A stretch of DNA of 64,000 bases from Octopus vulgaris (taxonomy: Eukaryota): the NCBI GenBank assembly GCA_951406725.2, contig OX597822.1:105958001-106022000 (forward strand), read 5' to 3'. The translations under genes were made by a program, and so were the position numbers. Positions 51,805 to 64,000 of this stretch are shown here, one piece after another. A model generated the notes under the pieces. It was not told the DNA's origin and ran no database searches. It worked only from the letters and a program-made list of their open reading frames with translations. The stretch's first letter is position 1. Each line of letters starts with the position of its first letter.

Positions 51805-52092
51805 AAAAAAGTCAACATAGAACATGCTAAAATAATTTTATAAAAAACGTTTCTGTACCGGTTTCAGTCATTGAGACTTTTTCAACTGTAAATATGGAAA
51901 ACAATTAAATTTTGGAAAAATTAAAAGAAAAGTTTTTTTAAAAGAATAATTGTATAGTGTTCAAATACAAGAGACATTTTCCTTGTTTCTGCCTGTCTCT
52001 GTTTCTCTTGTTTACTCTTGTCTCAATGACTGAAATCGGTACTGAAATGTTTTTTATAAAATTATTTTAGCATTTTCTATCTTGACTTTTTT
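51805..52092. repeat. Foldback element with 73-bp terminal inverted arms
   Basis: 51805-51877 is the near reverse complement of 52020-52092. The element lies between microsatellite tracts. Confidence 0.88.
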
Positions 52093-52094
<2 letters not shown>

Positions 52095-52125
<31 letters not shown>

Positions 52126-52241
52126 TAGGTAGTTAGGTAGGTAGGTAGGTAGGTAGGTAGGTAGATAGGTAGGAAGGAAGGAAGGAAGGAAGGAAGGAAG
52201 GAAGGAAGGAAGGAAGGAAGGAAGGAAGGAAGGAAGGAAGG
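52095..52241. repeat. (TA)n/(TAGG)n/(AAGG)n microsatellite
   Basis: Directly visible. A SINE A 3' remnant follows at ~52255-52392. Confidence 0.95.
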
Positions 52242-52607
52242 TATGTTTTGGGTACCACATCGCTTGACAAAAGAGACTGATAGAATTAGTAGCAGACTTA
52301 AAGAGAACTTGAGTCGATTTGTTCGACTAACCCATCCAAGATGATGTCCCAAAACAGTTTACTGACAAAAACTAGTAAGAGAGTAAAAGAATAATACTTG
52401 CGCTAAGAATTACATGTAGTAACTGTTTTTGAAATATAGCCTTAAATAACGTGTGTGTGTCGGGCTTTCTCTTTGTCTGTCTGTCTGACTCTGTGTGTGC
52501 GTGTGTGTGCTTGTCGTCCTGTCAGTTGATCCGTGCTCTGTATTTGTCATTTCGAGATCCAGTTTAATTGGTATCCATTAGGATCTAAGTAAGGTATAAG
52601 TGACAGC

Positions 52608-52839
52608 AAGGCGGCGAGCTAGCAGAGTCGTTAGCACGCCGGGCAAAATGCTTAACGGTATTTCGTCTGCCGTTACGTTCTGAGTTCAAATTCCACCGAG
52701 GTCGACTTCGCCTTTCATCCTTTCGGGGTCGATTAAATAAGTACCAGTTACGCACTGGGTTCGATATAATCGACTTAATCTGTTTGTCTGTCCTTGTTTG
52801 TCCTCTATGTGTTTAGCCCCTTGTGGGTAGTAAAGAAAT
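52608..52839 (+). mobile_element. SINE family B, full length, with TSD
   Basis: Perfect 15-bp TSD AGGTATAAGTGACAG at 52592-52606 and 52840-52854. Confidence 0.93.
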
Positions 52840-52989
52840 AGGTATAAGTGACAGAGATTATAATCATAAAATATTCGTATCTCGTAAATTTTACCTATAT
52901 ACAAATGCATTTTGTCGGGTTTTTTTTGGGGGGGCGCGTTTTGTTTTATCGGTAAATTTTGTATGTGTACACATACATACAGATACAAC

Positions 52990-53040
<51 letters not shown>

Positions 53041-54023
53041 TGTATGTATGTTGTAGATGGATGGATGGATGGATGGATGGATGGCTAGTGACAGAAAGAA
53101 CATATATTTGAGCATACTTGAGTGTGTGGGTACCTATGCCTATTGGATATCATCTATTATGCCATAGCTTCATACGTATAATTATTACAATATATAACAA
53201 CATTAAACGTTTACCGAGACCCACAGGGCATACACTGTAAGAATATTATAAGTAGTTGGTGGATGATTGTTACAGCATAGAACATTCCTCTGAATACATT
53301 TAGGTATTGTCCTTAAGAATCCGAATGAAGGATTTTACGAAATTTCATGTGAGCACTTCACTAAGACAGTTGCCGCTCCATTAACTCTGCAGGTATTTCA
53401 TTTGCTTCCCATACGAATTATATTACAATCTCTTCCCACTCATGGATTTGTATGTTTGCAATATTTGTTTAATGCAGCTGTTTGCTTTCTTTTTAATTAC
53501 ACTGTTCTTTATATATTATTTCTCCTAGTTCTTATTTATTTTATCTATGCATTTCAATAGGGATTTTTTTCTTGCTTTGATCGACCCCTTATAAAAATTG
53601 TAGGAGAATTATTTCTTTCTCTACTCGTTATTCCTAAAATGCTTGGTCTTTTCTTACACCATTCACAATCACAATGTTCCGTTTTACATAACGATTCTTT
53701 TCTGCGAGTTATTTTGCCTTATATATTTTACAGCGGGTGAATGAGGCATTTGTTCCATTTCCATTTCCTTTCGTTTTCTTTATTCTTAATATAAACAATG
53801 TCCTTACAGATGCAGTCTTTCCAAATTTGCTTCAGAAACTGTTGTTAGTTAGGTTCAATCTTCTAATATTGATCCTCTCTGATTTGCCAAATATTGATTC
53901 TCTGCGATTTGCGCTCCCAATTTAAGGAAATCTGGAGTTGCTTAAGAAATTTCGTTTAATAGTATTCGATTAATTCCCTTCTACTTTACATGCATGTGTG
54001 TGTATGGCTATATATACATGCAT

Positions 54024-54079
<56 letters not shown>

Positions 54080-54080
54080 T

Positions 54081-54251
<171 letters not shown>

Positions 54252-56172
54252 TATCGATAGAGATATATAGACCCATACACATATTGATATGTATGTACTG
54301 TTTCTTTATTTTGTCCTAGAGTTTAATATTTAACCTACTTTGCCGGGTGCCTTTGTGATACCCGAATTCTACAAGAATTACATATTATTGGCAATGATTT
54401 CGATATACAATACTTCCAACACCACCATACCGTTTAATAAATGCAATTTCGGGCCAGAAAGAAAACAAAAAAAGATCGATTGCCAATTACTTCTCACCAA
54501 ATATACATCAATCACTGCCGTTTTTTGTGTGTTCTCGGTAGTTTCTCCGCTTTTGATTTGATTTGATTCTCGTTGATTTGTATTCAGTAATCAATAAAGC
54601 AAAGTTTCAGTTTTCAAATTTGGATCTCTGAGACAAGTTCCTCTAATTTCGTTCTGCTCAGTTTTTCCGAGCGTTTTTCTCTCATCGTGTTACAACGCAA
54701 TTTTCGTTTGGTAGTCAACAGATTTGTTTTCTCTTTTGTTTTATTGTTTGATACTATTTATACGCTACAAGATCGCCCTTCGTTAAAAGATATTTTTAAG
54801 CGTCATTTTGTCACGTTGACTTGACATGTTTTCACATTTAAATTATTTGTTTTCTATTTAAAAAAAATTTTTTGGATATTTTAATTATTTTCCCATTATC
54901 CTTGAGCCATTATTTTTCAAATTACGCATTAAGCATTTCGATTACTAAATTACTTTTGTACTTTTGAACCGTAGTTCAAACCTACCTTCTTGCTAGAAAC
55001 AGCCTCATTGTACTTTTGTAGTTTCACTCTGTGATACCAATGATTTCAATGTGCTGTTTAGTTACTCTCTTAATATTCTGAACTTTAAACGTAGGTAGGT
55101 TGATTTCCTCTTATTTCCAAAGGACCAATGAAATAAGTAACATCTATGTAATCGAGTAACTTAAAACGATTTAATTTCTCCACAATTCATGACATTGTCT
55201 CCGTCAAAACTAATAATATTTTGGTTATTATAGGCGGTTCGGTGTATATTCTGCATGTTTAGTATCCGGTCGAAAGGAAGAGCACGGTGACAGAGTTTGT
55301 TCTAGTGTATAAAGGAATTAGACTTAACAAGCAGTTAAGTCAGAGTGAAAATTGGGAGGCATACAATTATAATTAAAGTAGCAAACGAAGGGAAGGTTCG
55401 GGAAATTTTTAATTTAAAAATGGTAAGTTATTGAAAGACATCAGATTTAGAGTTGCGTACACGAAACATTCTGCAGCTGTGCTGTCGTTTCAAATATTAT
55501 ATAAAATTCTTATCGATATCATGTTTCAAATTTTGATCAGATATGAATTTTATTTATACAATATTAGATTTACTGCTTAATATGGGGATTAGCAGTTAAT
55601 AACTTAAGATGTGAGACATAGCGGCTGGATGATGGCGTCTATTGGATGATGCATGTGTGTGCGGCGTGTGCGTGTAGAAGAAACAATAAGAAGAGCAATT
55701 GTGAGAAGGATAAACCAGCTGAATGACATATTCGATATCATTTATTAAAGTCTGTAGAGGGGAATGGATTTTGCAATAAATAACATGAACGTGTCATCAA
55801 GTCTCCAGGTTAGGTGATGGAACTCAAAATTAGTAGACTTTAAGACTAGAATTTTAGAGCTAAATGCTTCATTGGCATAAAAGGTGTGATGCTTTTCAGA
55901 AAAGAAATTTGCTTTTACTGAATTTCCTTGAAATGAGAACGAATTATTGCTAGATGAATCATTTTTAAGTGGCTGTATAAGAATGCATTCGATAGTTCTC
56001 CTAACACTTCAAGAGAATAATACATTTGCAGTGAAGAACGGTTAAAGAATTCGATTACGTTATCAAATAAGTACATTTATCCACAAATTATTCTTAATTT
56101 TTAAAAGTTTTCTTACTTTGACACAGTATTCACAACACTCCGCGTAGCCCTTATTTGTGTGTGTGTGTGAGC

Positions 56173-56205
<33 letters not shown>

Positions 56206-56225
56206 CGTGTGGGTGTGTATAAAAT

Positions 56226-56524
56226 CGTGTGGCTTAGTGGTTAGGGTATTAGGCTGACGAAGAGTGAGACCGACCGGTTCGTGGGCATGTCTTTCAGCTG
56301 GAAACTTTATTCCATCTTCTTCCAGCACATTCAACTGGCAAAATGCGTTGTACCTGTAATTCAAAACGCCAGCCTCTTTATGTCCATATCACGTTGAATC
56401 TCTCTAAGCAGTATGTGAGGGTGTCTCTAAGCGTGTCTGTGGAGTACTCAGCCACTTTCCACGTTAATTTCACGAGAAGGCTCAGATCAACCGGAACAAT
56501 CGTCGTCGTACCTGACAGAGTGTC
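56226..56524 (+). mobile_element. Degenerate SINE C-related copy
   Basis: TGGCTTAGTGGTTAGGG head. The 3' region GTGTCTGTGGAGTACTCAGCCACTT...GATCAACCGGAAC..TCGTCGTCGTA matches 20076-20165. Confidence 0.75.
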
Positions 56525-56529
56525 AGTTA

Positions 56530-56570
<41 letters not shown>

Positions 56571-56746
56571 AGCGTGCGGATATGTGTATGTGTGTTATCA
56601 ATGTGAAGTCTTTGCAAAGAAAAGATTTTAGTGACTTCGAAGTTTTGAATGTTCCCTTTGGTCAAATAGATGCGAGAAATTCAAAATTTCGAAGCCAATG
56701 CCAAACTTTTTCAATTCAAAATCTAAAAATATATGTATGTATATAT

Positions 56747-56967
56747 GTATTAATAGTTGTCGCCAAGGTAACATTGCAGTCCAGAAAATATGGATGTCTG
56801 AACCAGCATGGTGAAGCTGATGATCTCCCTTGTTCCAAGGTTGTAATGGACACAGGTTTGCGTGTCACATAGCTAACTAGAGGCGATGGCCTCTTGGAGG
56901 TAATCAACGGCAGCGTTCGTCCTATATTTCTGGACTGCCATGTTAGCTTGGCGACAACTATTAATAC
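56747..56967. mobile_element. MITE-like foldback element with 50-bp terminal inverted repeats
   Basis: 56747-56796 matches the reverse complement of 56918-56967 with about five differences. Two small internal hairpins are present. Confidence 0.75.
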
Positions 56968-57017
56968 CCAGTGCTGCTACTGTAGTCTCATTTAGAGAGA
57001 TTGAGAAATAATATTTC

Positions 57018-57082
<65 letters not shown>

Positions 57083-57141
57083 GGTAAGAAAACAAAAGAA
57101 TGAAAGAGACCTCGATATTATGTAAATAGAGGAATTTATCT

Positions 57142-57319
57142 GTAAATATAGTATGTGACAATTATTCGGTAACCATGATAAAACTCCGGCTTCAGTAGCC
57201 ATGATGCATTTTTTCGATGGCCCGATAACTGAAGAGATGGCGGCGTCGGTTTCCGCACCGACATCCGAAACTCGGATTTTTATCATGGCTACCGAATAAC
57301 TGTCACATATTATAGTTAC
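57142..57319 (+). ncRNA. Foldback element carrying a type I hammerhead ribozyme-like motif (57224-57284)
   Basis: GATAA-CTGAAGA-[GATG..GTCGGT ttccgc ACCGAC ATCC]-GAAA-[CTC g GAt]-TT-TTATC, enclosed by ~50-bp inverted arms (57142-57192 and 57267-57319) and flanked by (TA)n. Confidence 0.6.
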
Positions 57320-57320
57320 T

Positions 57321-57380
<60 letters not shown>

Positions 57381-57696
57381 TGTATGTGTGTGTATGTATA
57401 TATATATACATATGTATATATATATGTATATATATATATGTATATGTATATATATATATGTATATATATATGTATATATATATATGTATATGTATATATA
57501 TATATGTATATATATATATGTGTGTATATATATATGTATATATATATATGTATATGTATATATATATATGTATATATATGTATATATATATATATGTATA
57601 TATATATATGTATATATGTATATATATATATATGTATATATGTATATATATATGTATATGTATATATATGTATATGTATATATATGTATATGTATA

Positions 57697-57740
<44 letters not shown>

Positions 57741-57765
57741 ATGTATGTATGTATGTACGTATGTA
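57320..57765. repeat. Compound (TA)n/(TG)n/(TATG)n microsatellite
   Basis: Directly visible. Confidence 0.95.
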
Positions 57766-59492
57766 TAGTCACTACCTCCTTCTGTTTGGGAGACGTATAC
57801 TCATCTCGGATGAACAGTGTTTGAGTGTTGTGGAGTAAACTACAAGTAATCAAAAATAACCCGACCAAAAGGAAGAGCACTATGACACAGTTTATATTAG
57901 TGTATAAAGGAATCGGATTTAACATACAGTTAAATCGGAGTGAAAACTGTGCAGCATGCGATTATAAGGAATTGAAATAGCAACTGAAGGGAAGATAAAA
58001 AGAAATAAACCTTTAGACTAGTTCGGAAAATCAGAGGGGAAATACTCCTTAATTTAAGTAAATGAAAAATTGTAAGTTACTGAAAGGCGTCAGATTTAGC
58101 GTTGCTTATATAAAACTTTCGAACGGGAGAAGTCTTTACGCTGTTGTACAAAACGCGATCGGAAGAAATTAGTTAAGTAAATATTAAGAAAGCATTCCCT
58201 AGTTACTTCTATTGAGAGATGATTTTTATTTATATGGACAGTGAATTGGAATTCAACGGAGTCAATGTATATAATGCAGGAGATAAGTCTAGATCGATTA
58301 TATATATATGTTGGTGACTATCGGTACTTCAAAAACGAGAAAAGGAATCATTCTGCAAACATCCACTGATTCTGCTCATGAAAGGAAAGTTTAGAAATGA
58401 GAAATGTATCATTTTTGACATTCATTATAACGCCTTTCGCCTTTGTAATCCAAATTCGTGACTCTGATCCTTTTCTTACTTACTTTCGTTTACAATATTT
58501 CCCTTTTACCCTGCGCGAAGAATATTCCTAACGCTTTTCTATAATTCAAATATTTCTATCTGTTTCTGAAGCGAAGGAACAACGCTTTCTGTATTTGTCA
58601 AAATATGCTTTCCAGATAAGGCATATCGACACTAAACCCTGTGCCCATTGTTATCTCTTGCCTTCAAACAGAAAATTAGATTGTTTTTTTCTCCTAAAAT
58701 AACAATCTAATACGAAATATACGTAATTTATTTGAACTTATCGCCCTTTTCACTTCCGTCATTACCGGTCATCGAACGATTTTAGTTTGCTTTCTCTTTG
58801 AGCTAAGGTATTTATCGTGCCCGACTCAAGTACGGTATTCATGAGCCCATGTCGACTGTACTATATAAATAGATATGTGTATAAGCGCGTGTGGAGAGAG
58901 AGTGTACGTGTGAATGCGCGCGCGTCAGTGTATGTGTCACTAAGAGTCATATTTGAGTGTATCTGCGTTTTACTCAAAAGCTACATAACGAACACTCGTT
59001 TGTGTATTGGTTATTTGTTCTGTAGTTCAATAACCCAAATGCGTGATGTGGTGTATGTACCGCAGAAAATATCCGTATATTTCGCTATGTAAAGCAGCAG
59101 CATATTTTTTTTTTTACTCTGGCTTCCCATTGAATAATTTGTTTTATAATTATCACCATTTTCCTGCTATTTAGGAATAGTAAAACGAAGAGATACCGAG
59201 AGTAGTTGATTGAATTCATAAGAGTACACGAGAAAGAAATTCAAAAAGACAGTATTATACAATCTTTTTACCAATTATATACTATTTATTTACTATGTTG
59301 TACTTTACTTAATTATAGGTATATGTTTTACCGTATATTTAATTTTTTCTGTATGGCATGATTTAATTATATCATTGTTGAATTACTACACGGAGGTTCT
59401 TCTCTAATTTATATACATATATTAAATATTGTGAAATTTGATTTAGTATTACTAAATTGAATTTCTCTCTGTAAGTCTGGAATCATATTTCC

Positions 59493-59523
<31 letters not shown>

Positions 59524-59555
59524 TTAGTTATATTATATTATATATATATATATAA

Positions 59556-59605
<50 letters not shown>

Positions 59606-60093
59606 TGGTTATTAGTGATGCTCGCAATATTAGTTCCAACTAGCCATTTGTATATCATATTGCAGGTAGATATAATGTTGAAGAGTGAAAAACTATAGTA
59701 ATCCTCATGAGAAGACATTTCTTATGGTATTAGAAACGCTGTACATATATATAGCAGACGAAAAAATTCCAAAATCAAAGATAGCATAGCTAAATACATG
59801 TTTCTGATATATAATCAAAATGAGCAACAAGGATATCCAGACGTAATGCAGTACGATCGTTTCATGCGACTATTGAAAATGCAAATATTACATCAATTTA
59901 AAATGTAGACCAATCTTCAGGTGCATTAAATTATAAAATTTAGTTAAATTCGAAGGATTCATTTCTATAGTTTTCTTATTATCCAAAATCACAAAGAGGA
60001 TAACATATATATATATGTGTGTGTGTGTGTCTGTGAGTGATATTGAGTTCAATCAGAGCATTTTTGCTTTAGTGGGGGGGGGCAATGTTGGAT

Positions 60094-60357
60094 TTCTAAT
60101 AAAGATTCTTCATATTCAAATTGTAGTTTACTAATGTAAGTATTTATTTACAAGATAAGAAAATTTAACAAGTATAAGGTGTGTTATGAGAATTTATAGG
60201 ATATAATCCTATCTAAACTCAACTAACAATTAAAAATCCGGAAGAGAAGATGTAAAAAGTTTTATAAAATTTTAATCCATGCATGCCTTATACTTGTTAA
60301 ATTTTCATATTTTTTTAATAAATACCACAATTTTAATATGAAGAATCTTTATTAGAA
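60094..60357. repeat. Foldback element with nested inverted repeats
   Basis: Outer arms at 60094-60127 and 60324-60357. Inner perfect 21-bp arms at 60159-60179 and 60286-60306. Confidence 0.85.
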
Positions 60358-60424
60358 CTCTAAATTTGGAACCTCCCAGCCGAAGCAAAAATGTTACAAT
60401 TGAACCTCTCTCACGCATATAGAA

Positions 60425-60840
<416 letters not shown>

Positions 60841-60921
60841 ATAAATAAATATATGCAGCCTTGCACACATACATACACACAAACACACACGAACACATAA
60901 CACACCTTATAGTTATATTTA

Positions 60922-60961
<40 letters not shown>

Positions 60962-61245
60962 CCAAAATAAGCAACAAGGATATTCAAACATAGTGTAGTA
61001 CAATCGTTTCATGCTACTTCATTTATTTAATCAATGTAAGTATTACATGAGTTTTAAAATGTAGGGCACTCTTCAGCCACATATGGAATTTTGTTTTAAT
61101 CTTATTGACAATGTTCATTTTTATACTTATTCCATTTTCCAACATTACAAAGAGGGAAGACATATAGACAGAAAGATGAATTTTATCAGTAAAAACATGG
61201 TAATAGAAGATCTTTACTCATGGGTAGATTTTTTATCATGTGATA

Positions 61246-61284
<39 letters not shown>

Positions 61285-61407
61285 CATATGTTTCAGTTAC
61301 TAAACTGAAGCTATTCTTAGGCAATGCGGTTGTCATGCGGTGGTAGATGAATCAAACACACACACACATACACGCACACACAAACACACACACATATATA
61401 TTTATTC

Positions 61408-61432
61408 ATATATATATATAGAGAGAGAGATG

Positions 61433-61485
<53 letters not shown>

Positions 61486-61542
61486 GTAGGTAGGTAGGTA
61501 GGTAGATAGATAGATAGATAGGTAGGTAGGTAGGTAGGTAGG

Positions 61543-61576
<34 letters not shown>

Positions 61577-61656
61577 TAGATATATATGCACAGATATATA
61601 TATATATACATGCAATTATGTATATATATATATAGAGAGAGAGAGAGGAGGGAGAT

Positions 61657-61701
<45 letters not shown>

Positions 61702-61716
61702 TATAGATAGATAGAT
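61408..61716. repeat. (GATA)n/(GGTA)n/(GA)n compound microsatellite
   Basis: Directly visible. Confidence 0.95.
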
Positions 61717-62234
61717 TCGTTTTAAGTTCGACGGAGTATTGAATGCCGTACACGATAAATACCTTCGCGCATACAGCGTCATCAGTAGTATCACCATTTG
61801 CCTGCTATCTGGAAGATGAAAAGATGAGAGAAAGACAGAAACAGATTAAACACAAAAGAGTACATGAAAAAGAAATTCAGTAAGGAAGTATGATAAACAG
61901 AAAATGTGAATGAGATACACGTATATTTCTGTGTTTTTACGCTATACATCTATAAAAGATGCTCTCCCGAGACGAATATTGCAGTTATCCGGCTTCAACA
62001 ATATATGTGCTCCATATTTGATGTGAAGATTCTTAATTTAAATTAACACTGCATCAGTCGCTGTTCATACACGTGTGTTTGCGTGTGTGTGTGTAGAGAG
62101 AGAGAGGGGGAGAGAGCGAGAGACAGACAGAGATTTACCTTGATAGCTACAGAGAAGCATACGTAGGAAAAAGTTTATATAATGTGTGTATACACGTTTC
62201 TTTGCATATGTATGTATATATACATACATTTTTT

Positions 62235-62390
62235 TCTCTCCTTGTTTCCTTCTGTGTTCCATTCTGTGGAAGAGCGTAGGCTCGAAACTTGAAAGACTTT
62301 TTCAATTCCCAAGCGTTATACTAACACATCTGTTTGTTTTCTACACCACCTGCCTTCGTCTTTTGTTGTTTTGTTCGCGAAGTTGCCCTA
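62235..62390 (+). mobile_element. Penelope-like pLTR-type fragment, second copy
   Basis: CTGTGGA-AGAGC gtag GCTC-GAAAC at 62264-62288; homologous to 47020-47160. Confidence 0.55.
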
Positions 62391-62392
62391 TG

Positions 62393-62454
<62 letters not shown>

Positions 62455-62602
62455 ATCGATAAAAGACACGAAATTATAGGGATCTTTTGAATATTGTCTA
62501 ATCAGTAATTAGCTACGAATTTTCCTGGCCATGTTTTTGTTAAATCTTTGAAACGCACACACATATACACACACATACATACATGTATATATATGTGTGT
62601 AT

Positions 62603-62750
62603 TCTTTTATTATTTTACTTTCTTCAGTTCATTTGACTGCGGGCATGATAGAGCACCGCCTTGAAGGGTTTTGGTCGAACAAATCGACCCCAGAAGTTTG
62701 GTTTTTATTGTAATTATTTGTACTTATTCTATCGCTCTGTTTTGCTGAAA
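62603..62750 (-). mobile_element. SINE A 3' fragment
   Basis: CATTTGACTGCGGGCATGATAGAGCACCGCCTTG...CAAATCGACCCCAG...TACTTATTCTATCG. Confidence 0.75.
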
Positions 62751-63871
62751 TGACACTGAAAATATCAAAATTTAGGCTAATTTAATGTAGCAAAAATTCT
62801 AATGAATTAAGTATTATAGCATTGACGTGATTCTCACTGTATACTTCCTTTTGCCCTTCCCCTCGTCGTGTATAAGTGTGTCTATGTATATAGACAGACA
62901 GACAGATTGATAGATATATAAATAGGTTTACATACTGGTATATGCATGTATGTATCCTTGAGTGTGATAATTTCGAATCGCTTCACGCTCTGTAACTGAG
63001 ACCTCAGTGTAATACGCTCTGGTGTCGCCATGATCATCAAAAGAACCCACTGCAGTGGCTTAAAACGATTAAAAGAATACAAGATTATACAATATTCCAA
63101 TTAGCTACATTTTCATTCGTTAACTCCATCACAGACACCAGTCTCGTGGGTGATATTCGTAGGAACTGCTTACAAATTCTGAGTGAACCATTTAATTCTC
63201 ATCTAATGTTCATTATTTATAAAAATGAGAGACTATTTTCCTATATAATGTATTCACGTATTTTAACATTTACCCAACTTTTTTGCATGGGAATATATGT
63301 TAGTTATTTTGGGGATAGTTTTCTGCTAATGTGCTTTCCCTGCTAAATATACTCCGGTGCATACTACATCGTGTTTTACTTATGAGATTTTCTACAAATA
63401 TTATTTTTTCCTTCTGATTTGCACTGATCTCCACATGGCCTTATTATGGTTATATATCCTATATCCGTGATACTATATTCACCTCAGTTATTTTGGTTGT
63501 CTTTTCCATGTGTGGGTTTTTTGTTTTTATTTTGTCTTGTATTTTGAGTTGTTTTTTGTTTCGTATATTTCTGCTTGAATAACCCCCACTGTTTTTGTTG
63601 TTTTTTTTACGTAAGTCTTGTAAGAAATATCTAAAAGGAAAAAAAAACAATAGAATTATCCATGACGTATTATGTTAATGCGATAAATCAATACGTTTCT
63701 GCTGTATCAGTAAGTTGACCAAAAAAAAGTCAGAAAAAAATCGACACAGTCATGGCCGTGCCATTTAAAACTCTACTTTGTGGATTCATGGATTTTATTT
63801 CGATCTCAATCTGCAACATCGTCATTGATCTCACTCAAATGTTAGGATCACTGTAAGCGGTGTGTGTGAAA

Positions 63872-64000
63872 TTAAGTTGGAAACTTACTTACTTGTGGCG
63901 ACATTCACCCTGGGCGGGTTGAATCAGCTTCTTCTACCATGGAAGAAGTTTCGTGGGAATATGTGGATTCTACAAGCGGTCCCCAACAATCCCGCATGTG
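63872..64000 (-). mobile_element. Probable 3' end of an R4-like non-LTR element, cut by the window edge
   Basis: The minus strand reads HAGLLGTACRI, resembling the R4 'ALLGTARIL' C-terminus. It is followed by a short GC-richer UTR and a (TAAG)n tail. Confidence 0.4.

Larger units (their letters stand above)
55266..58120 (+). repeat. Diverged dispersed duplicate (55266-55471 and 57861-58120)
   Basis: Shared AAAGGAAGAGCAC...TAGTGTATAAAGGAAT...GAAGGGAAG...GTAAGTTA.TGAAAG.C.TCAGATTTAG.GTTGC. Confidence 0.8.

Noticed and set aside
63872-64000. Possible first coding exon ATG TCG CCA CAA followed by GTAAGT on the minus strand
   Set aside because: The GTAAGT is part of a (TAAG)n run and the upstream frame resembles an R4 C-terminus, so a LINE tail is more likely. 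The window edge prevents a firm call.

Overview
AT-rich eukaryotic DNA dominated by microsatellites and transposable-element debris. The repeat content resembles an octopus/coleoid cephalopod genome, which is an inference from recalled SINE families, not a search result. I found no confidently supported host protein-coding gene, rRNA, true tRNA or CRISPR array, and many listed ORFs are translations of (TA)n, (TG)n, (TATG)n or (GATA)n tracts. Supported content: at least five tRNA-derived SINE families (labelled A-E here), several with target-site duplications (TSDs); a 7-unit 225-bp SINE tandem array; two non-autonomous Helitrons; two Tc1/mariner remnants; a young 5'-truncated CR1-type LINE end; degenerate R4/Dong-like (RLE-type) non-LTR elements; and weak L1/Tx1-like remnants. 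The most unusual signal is a set of short foldback or pLTR-like elements in or beside (TA)n tracts that carry mostly degenerate minimal hammerhead-ribozyme cores. These point to Penelope-like or retrozyme-like non-autonomous elements. There is also one speculative two-exon coding candidate at 22008-22712 (-).
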